Of a DNA stretch of 64,000 nucleotides, positions 26,445 to 40,390 are shown one piece after another. Location of the stretch: the NCBI RefSeq assembly GCF_009914755.1, contig NC_060937.1. One strand, given 5' to 3'. The translations under genes were made by a program, and so were the position numbers. Source of the DNA: the human T2T-CHM13v2.0 reference genome, Homo sapiens. The first letter of the stretch is position 1. The number at the start of each line of letters is the position of its first letter. A model generated the notes under the pieces. It made no database searches and was not told the DNA's origin. It was given only the letters and a program-made list of their open reading frames with translations.

Positions 26445-28672
26445 CTGAAAAACAAAATTTGTTTATTCTTTATCAATATTTAATAATTCTTAAAAATATC
26501 AAGCAACAATCTTTTAGATAACATAAATAGTTATACTGTTCAATTGTAAAAAGCTCTAAGATATTTGGCTGTGATAACTTGGTTGCAGAAACAAAAACTT
26601 TCTTGAAAAAATTTGCTCAAGAACCAAACACTGATAAAGCATATACTAAATTGTACAGGGACTTGCACTCTTATATACCTTCAGAGTACATCTAAAAAAA
26701 AGCAACCTTGTCCAAATGTAGACTTACAGTACTTAAGCCTGGCTTGAGATGTTTTTAGTCCTTAAAAAAATTAAAAATAGAAATCCATAATAAGGGAGAA
26801 TCCAAGGAATAGCTAAAGGATAAGTTCTTTAGTTTTTATCAAATCAGTAACCTCATCCTTTTGCATAGAGCCTGCCATTATGCAGCTAAGGAGTTATTCC
26901 TGTTTAGATCACGCACCCTGAAAACTAAATACATATTAATAGAATAAAGGTCTTAAAAACCTAGTCAACTCATTAGTACAATGTTGATTTATTTCCAGTC
27001 ATGGGATTGTACCATAGTTCTTAAAATAAGTGATCTTAAGTTGACTGGGGCTTCTTTGTGTAAATGTGAAAGGTATTTCTACTGGCTAGTGTACATTTCA
27101 GATAGAATTGCAAGTCCAGAAAATAATTTAAGATAGTACAAGTTTTATTATGGTTATTTCAGGAAGAACCACTTGCTATCTGAATTTATTTAAACCCCAC
27201 CCTTAAGTTGCCCATCTTTAAAAAATGATAGTTGTGAAGTACCTACAGCTTTATTTGAGATGAGTTTGGAAGAGCCTACTCTCATTTTTTTATGATACCA
27301 AAAAGTAATCTTTCAGCATGTACATATTCATGTACACCAATACAACCAATAGTTTTAACTGTGATCCCCATTAATCTTAGTAGTGGAAAATAACAAGGGT
27401 ATGTGGCTACAGGCAAAATTTAATCAATTAATCAAAACAAAAATGACAATAAAAAATGAAAAATTTAAAAAGTAAAGAAAATGAAAAATATAACCCTACA
27501 AGTGATGGTTCATGAAACTACATTCAAAAGAGCTGCAAGTGCTCTTGTTCAAAATGTCAGCTACAATCATATTTGAGTGTAAAATTATAATGACTATTCC
27601 TCAAAAACATATCAGAGAATGTAGAGGGTTGCCAGGAGATAATTATTTCTTAACTACAACTGTGTTTCAGCAATTCTTTCTTCTTTTCCATTTCACTGTC
27701 CTCATAATGCCTCATAAGGGCAGGCAGAATTCTGAGGGTCTGAATGATCTTTTTTTTTTTTTAAGAGAAAGTATTCAGGGTAACTCAAATTCTAATTTTT
27801 CACATAAATTCATTGTGAAACTGAAATATTAGAATGCTTTTATTAGTGCTAAGCTCATACTCAGAAATGGCAATCTTGCAATGATGCTGTTGCAGAACAT
27901 CTCTGTGGTGATGCACTTGTACCTTTTTAATGGGGTTCTCCTTACATACTCTCTTTGAATATTGAAGATTTTAGTTATTAGTCTCAACTTGTTTGGTTAC
28001 TCTGGTTGGCTATATATTTTCAATGGCTAGTTATAGATTTTCAAGTCCTTTCAGGACACAAACATTTTAAATGTGAAATTAGAAAATGTTCTTACATTGC
28101 ATCAAACTTAATTGTTCCTTGTAGTTTAAATACACTGACAAGATTAATCTATCTTCATTTTTTTCCTAACAATAACAACAAAAAGGGTGTGTGTGGGAGG
28201 GGGGCAGGAGACAATAAAAAACAGAGGATAACTTCTTCCTAAGGTAGGAGTGTGTGTGTAATATACATGTCTTTATATATACACACGTATTCACCACATA
28301 TATGTGTACATATAAAATAAAAAGTCCAGCTTTTTTTATTATAATGAGCAAATTGAAAAAAAAATCATACACAAATAATTGGGAGATGAGTACAAGGGTT
28401 ATACGTTGGTATGTCAGAGTAGAAAAATACAAAGTTGATTTGTCCTAATACTACTACTAAAAATTTCAAAGATGCTTGGTGGGTAAAAGTAAAACTGACA
28501 AAGCTAGATTCAGATGTATTAATTTTTATAAATGATTGTCAATACAGGCAACTTAAGTCATATTGAACTTATGCTTATTATTGTAAATAAGTAGGCAGCT
28601 AAGTTTGTGATTTGATACAGAGATATAAACATTGTATTTATTAAAGGAAACATTGCTTTCTAAAATACTCAC

Positions 28673-28808
28673 TTGCAACAATGCGTCTTCCATCTGCTAG
28701 AATCATTTCTCCATTTTCTACTAGAGTTTTTAAAATACACGTGACATTTGTTGGAGCTTTGTCAGCCTCATCTACTACCAGAATATGACCCAACTTTACT
28801 GCTTTAAC
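28673..28808 (-). CDS. VWA8: VWA8 coding exon (about exon 23): VKAVKLGHILVVDEADKAPTNVTCILKTLVENGEMILADGRRIVA
   Basis: Acceptor gtcgtcaaag|GTT, donor CAA|gtgagt; 136 nt; Walker B LVVDE. Confidence 0.97.
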
Positions 28809-28928
28809 CTTTGACGACAGAAAATTTATCATAAACAATTAAATGAAGACAGCCATTATTAAAACTTCATTACTTACTGCTTTGGACTTATAACAGCTGG
28901 CTTTATTTAAGTTACAAGTATACACGTA

Positions 28929-28930
<2 letters not shown>

Positions 28931-28972
<42 letters not shown>
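28931..28972. repeat. (CA)21 microsatellite
   Basis: Read directly. Confidence 0.98.
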
Positions 28973-28973
<1 letters not shown>

Positions 28974-30024
28974 CTATAGCAGAGCTGGAAACAAAATTTT
29001 GGGATTTCTACCAAAAGCTTCATGTAGCTAAACTGCCAACTCTACAGTTATCTTTTTATTTCATTTTAGTATTAAAATTATTCCCATGGTAGTGATACCC
29101 AACAACATCTCACACCCAAGAGTAGGAGAGATGTAAAACAAGCATAACAAATAGAGAAAGTGCCATGGGAGTTATGAGGAGTGAGACATCACAATCACTG
29201 TGGATATTAGAACACTGAATTTGTTAAAGCTCTTAAAAGAGTATACAATTTTAATAGACCCAAATGGATAGTGGAGAAAAGGTAGTTACTCAAGACAAAG
29301 AGAATCAATGGTCAAACTCAAGAAATCCTGGGGCATATCTAGAAATGAGTGACTATGAACAGTCTATGCTGGCTGAATTAGAAGTTAAATGTGAGAAAAG
29401 TGACTGGAAGGGTAGACTGGGTGTCTACCACTAAGGGTTTAACTGTCAGACCAAGAAATAGGTACTGCCTCATTAAGTAATGGGATGCAATTTAATGGTT
29501 ATGAGTTCACACATGACAGAAGTGGAGCTTGGAGCTACACTTCAGGACATTTAATCTGGTGACAATATGCGGAATAGTTTGGCCAAAAAGTGGTTTGGGA
29601 ATCTGATTTGAGGGAGGTATGAAAAAATGGAAATAAAAGGCATTAGATTGATTTGAAGGTTTTGTAGGGACAGAATCTATAGTCTTGGCAACTGCTTAGG
29701 TGGGAAGAGGAAAAAGGAAAAATAAGTCTTAGGTTTAAGGTGACTGGGTTGATGGTGACATCATGAAAAGAAAGATGAAAGCTAGAGAAAACTCTTAAAA
29801 ACATTTTTGAGGGGTGGATAAAAGAAGATATCCAATGAATTTAAGTGAAAATCTCAAGATTTTTAAAAAAATAGTAAGAAATATAATGTAAAGTGGACCA
29901 TATCCTAATTTTTCTCATAGGATGGTATATTTTAAGAAAACACAGATTAAGAAATGGGCATTCCTTCTACCACAATTATTTTAAACCATATTTTTAAAAA
30001 ACTTATAAGAAATTTCTTTTTTAA

Positions 30025-30195
30025 GATATACCTAATGCTAAATGATGAGTTAATGGGTACAGCACACCAGCATGGCACATGTATACATATGTAAACTAAC
30101 CTGCACATTGTGCACATATACCCTAAAACTTAAAGTATAATAATAATAAAAACATAAAAAAATAAAAAATAAAAAAATAAAATAAAATAAATAAA
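30025..30195 (+). mobile_element. Very short L1PA (PA2-4-like) 3' end with degenerate A-tail
   Basis: 'gatatacctaatgctaaatgatgagttaatggg...cctaaaacttaaagtataataataa'. Confidence 0.9.
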
Positions 30196-30754
30196 TTTTA
30201 GGATTAAAAAAACTGAATTTAAAAAAAGAAAACATGTAGCTTCTATCCTCAACCCTGTCTTTGTTCAGGGAAAGACAGGCCCAACCTGGGAGAACTCAAG
30301 CAGGAGATCCTAAAGACTCCACTCCCTGGGGTCTGGACCACAGAGGTTCACATGATGACTTATTTGTGCCATTACTGCAAAGGTGTCATGTGCGCAGAGG
30401 GACATGCCTGGCAGGCTGAGATTTCTTTAGGTCTTGTGTAGGAAGTTGAGGACTGGATCTTCCCAGCTGTCTAAAACACTTGGCTAATATTTTATTAATT
30501 AGAACCATTTAAAAAAACTTTTCTAGAAACCTTACCTATTTTCAAACTCTATACATTTGAAAATGATAGTAAACTTTAAAAAAAAATCTGGAATAGAAAT
30601 CAATAGAGGATTGCTGTCATTCTCTAAATCTCTCACTCTGAAGAGAGAAGAACAAAATAGGAAAACATGTTATCCTCCCAATAATTTGCATATATCCTCT
30701 CCTAAAATGAACATGAATGAATGCTTTCCAGTTAGGCTGAAACGTATTAGAATC

Positions 30755-31118
30755 TGATACGGTTTGGCTGTGTCCCCACCCAAATCTCATCTTGAATTGT
30801 AGCTCCCATAATTCAAAAGAGGGACCCAGTGGGAGGGACCCGGTGGGAGATAACTGAATCATGGGGGCAGTTTCCCCCATACTGTTCTTGTGGTAATGAA
30901 TAAGTCTCACAAGATCTGATGGTTTTACGAGGGGAAACCCCATTGCTTGGTTCTCATTCTCTCTTGCCTGCTGCCATGTGAGACATGCCTCTCACCTTCC
31001 ACCGTGATGGTGAGGCCTCCAGAGCCACGTAGAACTGTGAGTCCATTAAACCTTTTTCTTTATAAATTACCCCGTCTCAGGTATGTCTTTATAAGCAGCA
31101 TGAAAACAGACTAATACG
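30755..31118 (+). mobile_element. THE1 (MaLR) solo LTR
   Basis: 'tgatacggtttggctgtgtccccacccaaatctcatcttgaattg...cagactaatac'; 5-bp TSD gaatc/taatc. Strand follows the consensus orientation as I recall it. Confidence 0.92.
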
Positions 31119-31208
31119 TAATCCATGAGAGTTCCATCCTCCAAAAACTGAAATACAACTATGATACAAAAATACACTTGAAAATATTTCTATGATTAGG
31201 TTACTAAC

Positions 31209-31284
31209 CAAAGGTGAGTCTTCATATACAATAAGTCCGTCTTTAACCGAAGGCTGAAGCGTAAGAGTTTGTACTGTGGTATCC
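31209..31284 (-). CDS. VWA8: VWA8 coding exon (about exon 22): (R)DTTVQTLTLQPSVKDGLIVYEDSPL
   Basis: Acceptor tttactttag|G, donor TTG|gttagt; 76 nt, phase 2 to 0. Confidence 0.96.
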
Positions 31285-33186
31285 CTAAAGTAAAACCAAC
31301 ACATTTTATAGTTAGGAAGGAAATAAGCTGATGATTGATCATGATAAAAATACAGCACAGGTGCATTTTTTAAAAGATTTTTGTTCATCATCCTGCTTCC
31401 CCTTCCCCCACCAAAAAAAAACAGCAAGTGAAATTTATTTGAGTAACAATACTTTGTAGACTTAATACAGTATAAATTACAAAGAATTTGAGAATTAATC
31501 CAGACTTATAGATTATCCAGATTCTTTACTTCTGTTTTTCTTTCTGGTAATATGTCTTGTAACCACTTCACACCTCAAAATTACCACCTGAGGGTGAAGA
31601 CGAGAAACTAAAAAATATATATATATATATGTATTATATAATATTTATGTTGTTTAAATATAATTTTGATGGCAAGTTTGGTAATGATTGGCATGCTGAC
31701 ATGGACAATTAAAGCAAATCTAGTAATTACACATTCAGGCCCAAACTGCCATCACTAGGTGCCAAAGCCAGACTATCACACCGCTTGCCAAGAATACTCA
31801 AGAATTACTTTATGGGATTTTGAACATTTCTGCTGGCATTAAGGCAATCCATTATATTTCTTAAATCTACTTTTTACTATTTACTTGACCCTCCTTTAGA
31901 TCAGGATCTTCAAAAATATTAACAGTTGGCTATCCTGATGTTAAGAACCTCCTTACATGATGAGATGTAACATTCACATCAAGTGTGGATATTCTTGCCA
32001 AAATGTGTGTAAGAAAGTTGCAGGTGATATGTAGGGTCAGATATTTTTAAGGGGATCAATTTTGTATCTTTGCCTTCTATCTAAGATTATTTCCCATAGA
32101 GAATTAGAACTACTTTAAAAATATAAGTAGCGTCTTTGAAGAGTTCAGCTATTTTTTCAAACTACCCTACTTCTTACTCAAAGTAAAGCACAAAGTTGCA
32201 ATTGTGTTGTTTTGACTATCTACTATGTATAAGACACTACTGGACAGTGATATTCAGACCTGGACGTTATACTTGTGAAATGTACACCAAATGCCAAACT
32301 TTACTACAATCTATTAAAATTGTAAAATGTGTATCTGTTTTTTAAAAAGGAATAAATAGCACTTGACAATAAAATACAAGATAAACTTAACGTCATCAAA
32401 TAACTGTTTTGCTTTTAGTAGAAGAAATATAATAAAAATCAGCTAATTGCTTTGAGAGGCAGCTGTGGAGTAGTGCAAAGAAGACCTTGGAGTCATATCA
32501 ATCAGGATTCAAATTCTTGTTTTTGCCCCTTATTGGCCATGTGATTGTGGGTAAGTAATAAAACCCACCCAAAAGGATTGCTGATAGAACACTTGGAAAG
32601 TGTATAACGCCGTATCTGGCAGATAGCAGGGGTGTAATTACATACCAGCTTTAGATATTTGTTGTCACTATTGTTGTTGCTGTGACTGAAAGTTCCTTGC
32701 CTGCCTACCTTTCACTTGATCTTCAGTTTTTTAGCAGAGATGGTGCTTCTTGAAAGATCCCTTCCCTGACCTTTTGTAGAGCAGCTTAGGTGCCCCTGCT
32801 ATGTGTTCCCCTTGTGACCCATATATCCCCCAATTCGGCCCTTAACACACTATACTGCAAGTACTTATTTTACTATCTTCCCACACAGACTGTAAGATCT
32901 AAGAGTACAGAACATGTCCACACTGTCCCTCATTCTGTCCCCCACCTAGAACATGTCTGGCTCACTGGAGGAATTCTATAAATATTTGTTGAATGAATGA
33001 AATAAACAAAATATATGAAAAAGTAAAAGTCAACGATGTAGTTTATAGTGCAGGATAAAACACATGGACTTTCAAATTTATCAGATCATTGGATTTTGTT
33101 TTTAAACAGAGAATCTGGAACCTACTCTAGTAAATGTTGGGTCAGAGTAAGTCTAATTCTCTTACGGGTAAGAAATGGTACATTAT

Positions 33187-33513
<327 letters not shown>

Positions 33514-35965
33514 TTAGAAAGTACAGTCATGTTGAGAAGGTATGCATGGGGTTGACTAGTCAAGGGACTGAGGAGTTGATGGTTTATGTCCAAGATGGAG
33601 TTGAATTGGAACTTATGGTTGCAGTACGTACCTTCCCCATCAGAGTCCTCATTTACGGAGCTTGAACAGGTACGCTGGCAATACAATTATTGACATTTAC
33701 AATTTGTAGACTATTTGCCTTATTTGCCTCCAACTTGGAAAGCTTCTCCTTCTAACTTGAGCAAACAGTTTCTTCAGTTAATTCTCTGGGATTCTGACCT
33801 ATTGCTGTTCCTGATTCCTAACCAACTCCCATCACCATAATCCTGGCTCTCCTGGGCCGGGCACCTGCCCCCATAATCTACTGCTTCTTATGGCCCTAGC
33901 ACTACACTTTACAAAGAATCTAATTTTGTTTATCTTCTCTAAAAAACAAATTAAATTGTGTCTAAAGATAAAGCCCTGTGGGATGATAGGGAAAGTGAAA
34001 AATACATTGTGGCAAGTTATTGGTGATTATAAACTTTTAGTATGAATAAAACGATCCCTATATAACACATGGATTGTCATATATCTATTTTCTGTATTTA
34101 CGGGTTTTATAAACTTACTGCAGGGCATATGTTATTTTTTTGCTAACAAATTAATTGTTAAAGTTTTAAACAAATCAAGAACAAAGTTTAATTAAACTTA
34201 CTTATATTAATTGTTAATATTCTAGCAATAGAGAAGGGGGTGGATGAGGAAGGGAAATAGATGTGTTCACACAGATTGTTATAGTAATATAATGAATTTC
34301 TCATCTCAGCTTTCACATATTTAATGGGCAATAACATGTCATCTTCCAGCACCAAAAAGAAAAAGGAACTCTTCCATCATTATTAGTAGAAAGGAAATTC
34401 AGTTGTTACCTTAATAATTATTGTGCTTCATAGCAGATTAAGAAAAGTAAATTAAACCTGAATTCTAATTTTAAAAAGAAAATGAAGTTGCTCTGTAACA
34501 CTCGAATTCTGATAGCATACAACTTGTCAAATTAGATTTCTCAAAAGACTTCTGTGCCAGAAATAAAAATCACAGGTTTGAGAAAACAAGCACAAATCAG
34601 ATGATTTCCAAAGGAGACTAAAATGAGAATAAATGCAAATGGGAAACGTGGCTTTTAGTGGAGTAGTATGTGAGAAAGAGAAATTCATAGGATAAATGTG
34701 GTTTTGTTCTGCTCTTATAATTAGCCCCTTCATCTAGTACATAAAAAAAGCAAAGGCTAGTAAAATATGTAAAATAATATTTAACTTAAGAAATTAGTAG
34801 GTTTATGTTTCAGTAAGTTACCCTCATTATGTAAGTGGGAAATAATCCACTATTGTCTGCATAAGACTTAATACAATAAGAAAAAACGCTTGATTTCCAA
34901 GATATACTATAAAATTACAAACTTTAAATTATTAAGTAATAAGGTGACTACTGTTGTTACAGGTAGCATAAACTGACTCTTAAAGACAATATAGTATTTC
35001 TTTTTCAGAGGGTGCTTGATTAAAATAATTGCTCTGCATTTATGAGCAACTTGGATAAGAAGATTAATTCTCCACACAAATAAACAATGACCCTAAGAGA
35101 ATATTTTATTTCTTGCAACTTCAATCCTCTTGTGAATTGTTCCTCTCAAAAACACCTTTGAAATGTAAGCTAATGAAAATTTAGTGTCACAGCAATACTA
35201 GGGAGAAGAAAACTTAAAACACATTTTAGTTACATGTTCTTAGCCTAAAGCTTAAAAAAGAGATGTCTTTCCAGTACAAGACATTTATCAGTAATACTTG
35301 ATGAATTAATTAGAATGTTCAGCTAAGTGTTGACATTTATGTTATCACTGTTCTCACTTTTTACTATCTTACAGACTACAGCATCTATCAACTAAAGCCT
35401 GTGTCAATAAAGGCGCTGCTCAAAGAAATATTGTACTAAACTCTATTCTTAACTTTGGCACTTTAAAGTCTTTTTAAAAATTAGAGTTATATTTCAATAG
35501 TAATTTAAAATTATTCCACATGTAATAAAAGCAATTAAATTGTGTAAAGACCAAGTTTTTATCAAAATAAGGAAAGAAAACTGGCCTCTAGAGAGCAAGC
35601 ACAATCTGTTCTGAAATATTGCTTATAAAGGTACATTAAGTTAGTATCTTCTAATTTATTGAGGAGCAGAAGATCTCAAAATAGCGATGTTTACTTTAAG
35701 GATGATATTTTAATAAGTTGTATCTTAACTGATTTATAGTTAGATTTTTTAAGAAAAACAATAATAGTTAAACATAAGAGTAAAGGAAGAAAGAAGACAC
35801 ATAAGAGTTTCATAAGAGCTGATGAAAATCTTCTCTGTCTTTATAGTTCATTAAAACAGAAATGCCTATAGGAATGGTCCACGCAATAATACGAGCCAAA
35901 CATGAGAAAGGAAAGACAGAATATGGAACAAAGACAGCACTGAAAAAATGTTTGCTCGATATTTT

Positions 35966-36257
35966 TTCTTTTCTTTTTTTTTTTTTTTTTTTGACAGAGT
36001 CTCGCTTTGTCACCTATGCTGGAGCGCAATGGCATGATCTTGGCTCGCTGCAACCTCCGCTTCCCAGGTTCAAGTGATTCTCCTGCCTCAGCCTCCAGAA
36101 GAGGTGGGATTAGAGGCATGCACCACCACACTTGGCTGATTTTTGTATTCACCATCTCTACCAGGCCAGGCTGGTCTTGAACTCCCGACCTCAGGTGATC
36201 CACCCACCTCAGCCTCCCAAAATGCTGGGATTAAAGGCGTGAGCCACCATGCCCAGC
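35966..36257 (-). mobile_element. AluS with internal deletion/rearrangement near the linker
   Basis: Reverse Alu body; degenerate TSD tgctcgatattt/tgctcaacattt. Confidence 0.92.
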
Positions 36258-36759
36258 TGCTCAACATTTCAAACAGAAGTTTAATTATGAAAAGAGAATT
36301 AAATGGCAATTTTTACCAGTAAGACATAAGCCTAACATCATTGACTGAGAGAAGTAAATGCTGTCAAAAGATATTTTTCAAGTGAAGATGAGTTCTTGGT
36401 ATCAAGAACATAACTTTCACAAGACCTATTTTAAAATGAGTAATGAAATAAAGATAAAGAGGACTAAAAAGAATTATCACTAATAAAATAGAGTGGTACT
36501 TAGAAAAAGGTGATGTAAACAAGTTTAAGAATCACTTGATGTTTACAGTCTGAGCTGTCTGCAGAATAGTGGCATCCCATACCCTAGCCCTATCTATAAA
36601 AGACAAATTCACTTTGCCATATTAGGCAAGAAACTTCCTTAGCCCCTCAAACAAAAACAGTCACTGTTAAAAGCAGTGTTGCTATCCGATACAACAATAG
36701 GAGGGTATAGAATTTTGAACAGGAAGAACATGTTTTCTTCTTCTTTTTGATTTCTATTG

Positions 36760-37025
36760 TACAACATGTTGAATATTTCTAGTTAATAATAGTGTTGCCT
36801 ATTTCAAAATTGCTAAGTAAATTTCAAATGTTCTCATCACAAGTAATGCTAACTATTTGACATGATGGGTATGTTAATTAGCTTGATTTAATTATTTTGC
36901 ATTGTATTCGTAAGGTATAACATCATTTTGGACTATACATTTTTTTTCCCCACACAACTCCCTCTTCACAGAACCCATAAATTTATACAGTTATAAACTG
37001 TCAATGTAAAATTAAAAAAAAGAAA
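36760..37025 (+). mobile_element. L1M 3' end fragment
   Basis: 'atttcaaaattgctaag...atgttctcatcacaa...gatgggtatgttaattagcttgatttaa'. Confidence 0.7.
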
Positions 37026-38822
37026 AAAGAAGACAAAATGAGCTATGACTACTGCAGTGTTGAAAAGCAGCACCAGACTAAATCTGAGGCCTTTTCCCAG
37101 TTTGGTCAATCTCCTAACCTCCTGAAGCCCAACATTACTCATCTCTACAGAAGGAATTAACATAGAACACTGAAGAAATACGATAGTGTAAAAAGTAAGG
37201 AAGACAAAAGAGCAAGAATGAGAGACAGAAGGAATATTATTATACAGTGTTTTGAATATTTTGAACGCTTTGAGGGAAAAGTCCTTTTAGTATGATAAGT
37301 AAAATATTTCTGCCAAAGCTGCTGAAAAGACTCTATATCTTAAAATAGTTATTTTGTTGGACTGTTTATTTAGTAGTCAATCACTCATCACTAACATGCT
37401 CAGATGCAAAAAATCCTAACTATAAAAGGAAGGAAAACATTAGGGGGATAATATTCATAGAATATCATCTGTGATGAAACACTTTGCTCTTCAGAGGTAG
37501 GGTCTTGCTGGGAACTGCTGGTAGCAAAAAGCCACAGCAAAACAGTCACCTGATGGAAACTAAACATTTCAAAATGTGTTTAGTTTACAAAATCTACTTA
37601 CCTCTACCACGTCTCCTACTACTATGTTAATACTATTTAAAAAGAAATTCTTCAAAAGTCAAAGCCATGCTGATAATCAAGTCTTTTAACTACCTAAAAA
37701 TTTTCTAAGTTGTCCACTGTTTATAAATAAAAACAAATCTACTAAAATAGTATATAGAAAATTGGATCTTTTATCTGCACTCTGAAAACTAGCTTTCCAG
37801 CTTGGTAAATTTTAGGCATTCAACATGACCTAATTTCTTTGCAGTAACATCATTTTCCTTTTTCCTGAATAAAAAGAAAGACAGTGTGCAGGTCCCTTAT
37901 TTGAACAGAAAAACACATTTTCTAATCATTTTTTTGAAAAAAAATGGAAGAATGAAATAAGGATAAAAATACAAAGTTGAATGAGTATACAAAGATGCAC
38001 ACACAGATGCAACCAGCATGTGTGGCTGATGAACACTGTATCCACTGCATAAATCTTTAGCAGTAAATATGGTATATATGACCTTTTTAAAAAGACTTTA
38101 TCAATTGAGTAACAACACAAAAGTGTGATAAAGAGACAAAATTAGTGAGTGACCACTTTTTCATGTTAGGACTTTCTATGGTCTTTTATTCAACAAATAT
38201 TTATTGAATACCAATGGTACTGCTTTAGAGATTGGAGGAGTATCTGTGAACAAAACAGGTAAAAATTCCTTTTCTTGAAGACTTCAAATTCATACTATAC
38301 TTAAGGGAACTTATCTTACCATACTAATAATGTACCATCTTTAGTACAGTACTCAATTTTGCATGAGATTAAATATCAAAAGACATTTTGTCACAGGCAA
38401 TTCAAAGAAATAAAGTTAAAATGAATATTTTTCATCATCAAGAGAAATAACAAACTAGTCTGGTGCAGTTTAAACCTACCAGGGGAGTCACGCTCTCTAG
38501 GAAGTTGGTTAGGTATGTCTCTTTTGGTTAATAACCCAAAATACATCTTCACATAATACATGTTATCTAAAACTTACTATATAAGTTGCATTTTGTATAT
38601 AGCATAATATTATTTGATATACTCTAATCCATGAATTATTTTATTCTCATTTTGGTTGTTCATCAAACAGAAAAAATTCCCAATGCTCTAGCTTTATGTT
38701 TATCAGACTTTAACCACCCAGGTCAAACAAAAAATAGTATACAAATAAGCACTATGTTTGGAAAACTCTTACCTTAAAGAAAATCAGTGTTTAAGTTTTC
38801 TACCATTTACCTATTTTATTGA

Positions 38823-39285
<463 letters not shown>

Positions 39286-40089
39286 CCAGTGTCATTTTAA
39301 TGGCAGAGGAAAAGGAACAGATACCTCTGAGGAATCAGAGGACAGAAGACTGAAGCAGCTCTCTAAACATATTTTCTTGTCATCTTATGTTTTATCTTAA
39401 AATTTGATGTAGATTTTTTTAAAATTTAAAACTTCTTTTACTCTCTAGCCCTATGTCATAGTGATATAGATTTTGAAAGCTATTCCATAATATACCTAGT
39501 TTCTTTCAATACAAAAATATTTAATCCGTCATTAGGAAAATAGCAGCAAGGAGCTGTTGTCCTGAGCCAACACTTTCAGGAAACTGGGTTGAACTGAAGA
39601 CGGCTATCGCTGCAGAGCAAGTTCAGCATCCGCATGCATTTTTCTGTTCTAGTATCAATCACATTATAATCTTGGACCTCATTATATCTTGGTATAAATG
39701 CAATCGGTTTTTTTACTTTATGAACTGTGCCAGAGTGATCACCATCCAGAGCCTCCAGAATGATGCCAAGAAGGAGGTATGTGCAGCATTTTCTGACTCC
39801 TGCTGGTAGGCATTTCAGCAATGGCACCTTTTAGAGATATCACACAGCTTAGGTCATGTGGGACCAAAAAGTTCTCTCATCTCCTGGGAAATCTACCACT
39901 TCAGGATGAACACGAGGATGTGGTTCATTTGTCCCGTTTTCTCATCTGAGTTTAGGTATCACTGCAATTTATTTAAGATTACCCAAAACATCTTCAAAAC
40001 TACACCAAAACAAAATACTTAATATATGGGTCAAATTAGAAAAAAACAGGCATGTTTACAGAGGCAAAACACTGGAAATAGGCTACTGT

Positions 40090-40390
40090 CCAGTGCTACT
40101 CAAATGTCAACCTTCTCAGCGAGGCTCTGCCTGATCAACCTATTAAAACTGTAATCTCTGCTCTGGCCCCCTTCCCTGCTTTATTTTCCCACATAACACT
40201 TATCACTATTTTACGTACTTAACACTATGTAAAATACTTATTACGTATTTTAACGATCTCATTCTCCCTCTCACCAGCAACTATAGATAAACATGAAGAC
40301 TGGCCTTTTTAGCACTTGTTCACTGATGTTATCACTCACACTTAGAAAAGTAACCAGCACGTAGTAGGAGTTCTCAATGCTTGCTGAGAT
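40090..40390 (+). mobile_element. L2 3' fragment
   Basis: 'ctcaaatgtcaaccttctcag...ttgttcactgatg...cacgtagtaggagttctcaat'. Confidence 0.6.
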
